Program-made: the position numbers and the translations under genes
Shown here: piece by piece, positions 61,919 through 64,000 of the stretch
Layout of the letters: each line of letters opens with the position of its first letter
How positions within the stretch are numbered: the first letter of the stretch is position 1
Assembly (NCBI GenBank): GCA_002104945.1
Contig: MCFH01000069.1
Coordinates: 124,001 to 188,000 of the forward strand
Length of the DNA stretch: 64,000 nt
Direction of reading: 5' to 3'
Origin: Piromyces finnis finn
Lineage: Eukaryota > Fungi > Neocallimastigomycota
Notes under the pieces: model-generated
Database searches by the model: none
What the model was told of the DNA's origin: nothing
What the model saw: only the letters and a program-made list of their open reading frames with translations

Positions 61919-62195
61919 TTTATGTGTCTATAATTTCGAATTTATTATTAGTTGAATTAATATTTATAGTTATCTTGAATAATTTATTTTTATTATAAAT
62001 GAAAACATAAAAATAATCATTTTATATTTATATAATATTTTAAGTATTATATTATATTAATATATAATGTTGATATATTATAATACTTAATATCAGTTTA
62101 TATATAAGTAATTAAATTAATAATGAAATTAACATTTCATTATAGTTTAAATTGTTAATAAAATTTATTTTTAAAAAATACTCACTAAATTTCTT

Positions 62196-62942
62196 TTACA
62201 TATTAAATTTATTGAATATATTTAATAGATTTAATTTAAATATTATTAAATTCTTTATAAGATTTAGCATCTTTATATAAGAACAACAACAATAAAAAAT
62301 TCCAAGAATTGCAATAGAACTCAAAAATCCCAACCAGTACAAAAAACGTATAGCAGAATCTAATTCATTATTTTCATCTTCATTCATAGGTATGTAGCAC
62401 TCTCCATTACATTCACCTTCTGAATAATCATCCCTATTTACACAAGGATCTCCAATAAATTTTCCCTTACGACCATATCGAAGACGTGTGATAATATTAT
62501 TTTCATTGAATTTACAAGTATGGTTTACACATTTATTTGTAAAACATTGAGCATCTTTATTACATTCAGTTGAAGTATTATTGCTTATAGTAGGAGTATG
62601 ATACATAACATATGGATGCAAAATATACCTGTTGAATTGGGTTTCCGAACGATTACATATTTTGCAATCTGTATTGTTGTCGTTTAATCGTAAAGTATTG
62701 GTATTAATTGGAATTTCAATAAATGGTAAATTAAAATATCTGTCAGCTTTAAAATAATATGAACCTTTACATATGGTTGTATCACAAAATACGCATTCAA
62801 TAGAATTAGTAGTCACATTTAAATGATAAATATATTCATAAGGAATATTATCTGATTCAATAGTTATAATATGGGTATATCCATTTTGAAAAAACAAAAT
62901 ACAAAATATATATGTAAACACCACGAAAATAATGTTTTTCAG
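62196..62942 (-). pseudogene. Decaying paralog of 29510-30280
   Basis: ATG has become CTG (62942), with in-frame deletions, Cys>Tyr in DDYSEGEC, and a ~10-bp deletion shifting the C-terminus. Confidence 0.82.
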
Positions 62943-64000
62943 TATTTTTATTTTATAAAAATTATATAAAATAAATTTTTAGGATAAATATAGCAATATT
63001 ATGTATAAAATTTAGTTTGATTTTTAATAATGTATTTATAAATTAAATATTTTTTAACAGTCCCCGAATATATTTCATAAATATTCTTTTATAATTCCAC
63101 TTTTTGAATTATTCTTGATTAAATTATGATAAAAAAGAAATTAACTTTTTAAATTTTTTTAAAACATTTACAACCAATCATATTCTAATATAATGTTACA
63201 CTGATATTTATTACTTTAATAAATAGAATATTCTATAAATCAAAATTAAATAATCCATTAATTATTTAATTATTTTAATATTAATAATAGTATTGTTTCA
63301 TGTTTATTTTATAATATTTAAAGTTTATTAATATATTAAAATTATTAATATAGGATAGCTATGAAAAATTTAAAATGTATGAAAATTTTTCTTTCTTATA
63401 TACTATTAATGGCTCATTTCTAGACCACTAAATATTTAATACAAATACATAAATTGATAAGTAGGTTTGTAGAACAATGTAATAAATTAATATTATAAAT
63501 TTAATACACCTTTTCTTTATAACTTAATAATAAACAATTAAAATAAAATATTTAAAATGATATTTTAATATTTTTAAATTTTTATAAAATAATTATTATT
63601 ATATAATAACTAAATAATAATTATTCTATTCATTCTATTCGTATTAATGAAATAATTATTTATATATTTATAAAATATGTAATATTTTATTTTATTGAAA
63701 GATTTAATTTTATATTTAAATAACCTTAATATTTTCTTTTATAGATTTATATATTATCATAATAGATAATTCATTAAAAATAATATGTACATATAATTAC
63801 ATCATGCTAAATACAATAACAACATTAAATAGAAACTATGATATATATTTAATTAAACTAAACTTTTATTTTTTAATATTTTATTTTATAATTCAAATGA
63901 ATGTAAATACATTTAAACATCATTTATTTATTATATAAATAAACTATGTTTAATATAGATGTAAATATTATATTATATATTTTATAATAATTTGTAATTA

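Overview
Extremely AT-rich eukaryotic DNA with short GT-AG introns. It is most consistent with an anaerobic gut fungus (Neocallimastigomycota); this is inferred from a fungal dockerin, CBM1 and CBM18 modules and bacterial-type CAZymes, not from a search. Apparently intact genes: an M13 metallopeptidase (5' end off-window), a domain-swapped GH3 glucosidase, a CBM1-CE12 acetylesterase, a GPI-type CE4 deacetylase, a 6xCBM18-phage-tail-lysozyme fusion, and several secreted Cys-rich or Ser/Thr-stalk proteins. Broken genes: GT17, PI-PLC-ricin-dockerin, AAA-ATPase/PD-(D/E)XK, M13 relics and an unidentified virus-like ORF. Mobile DNA: one full-length APE-RT LINE with a 13-bp TSD, an inverted second copy lacking the whole RT domain in frame, a chimeric LINE scrap, copia and gypsy relics, and a MITE-like inverted repeat. 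There are also segmental duplications. Top leads: (1) a chitin-tethered phage-type lysozyme transcribed divergently from a chitin deacetylase; (2) a LINE whose ORF1 and ORF2 form one frame split by a single TAA-CAA shared by both copies, with the endonuclease motifs upstream of any AUG; (3) a K/R-K-C-x-V-K motif at the termini of unrelated secreted proteins. All family assignments come from motif recognition by eye. No database search was run, and frameshifts in A-runs may be assembly errors.
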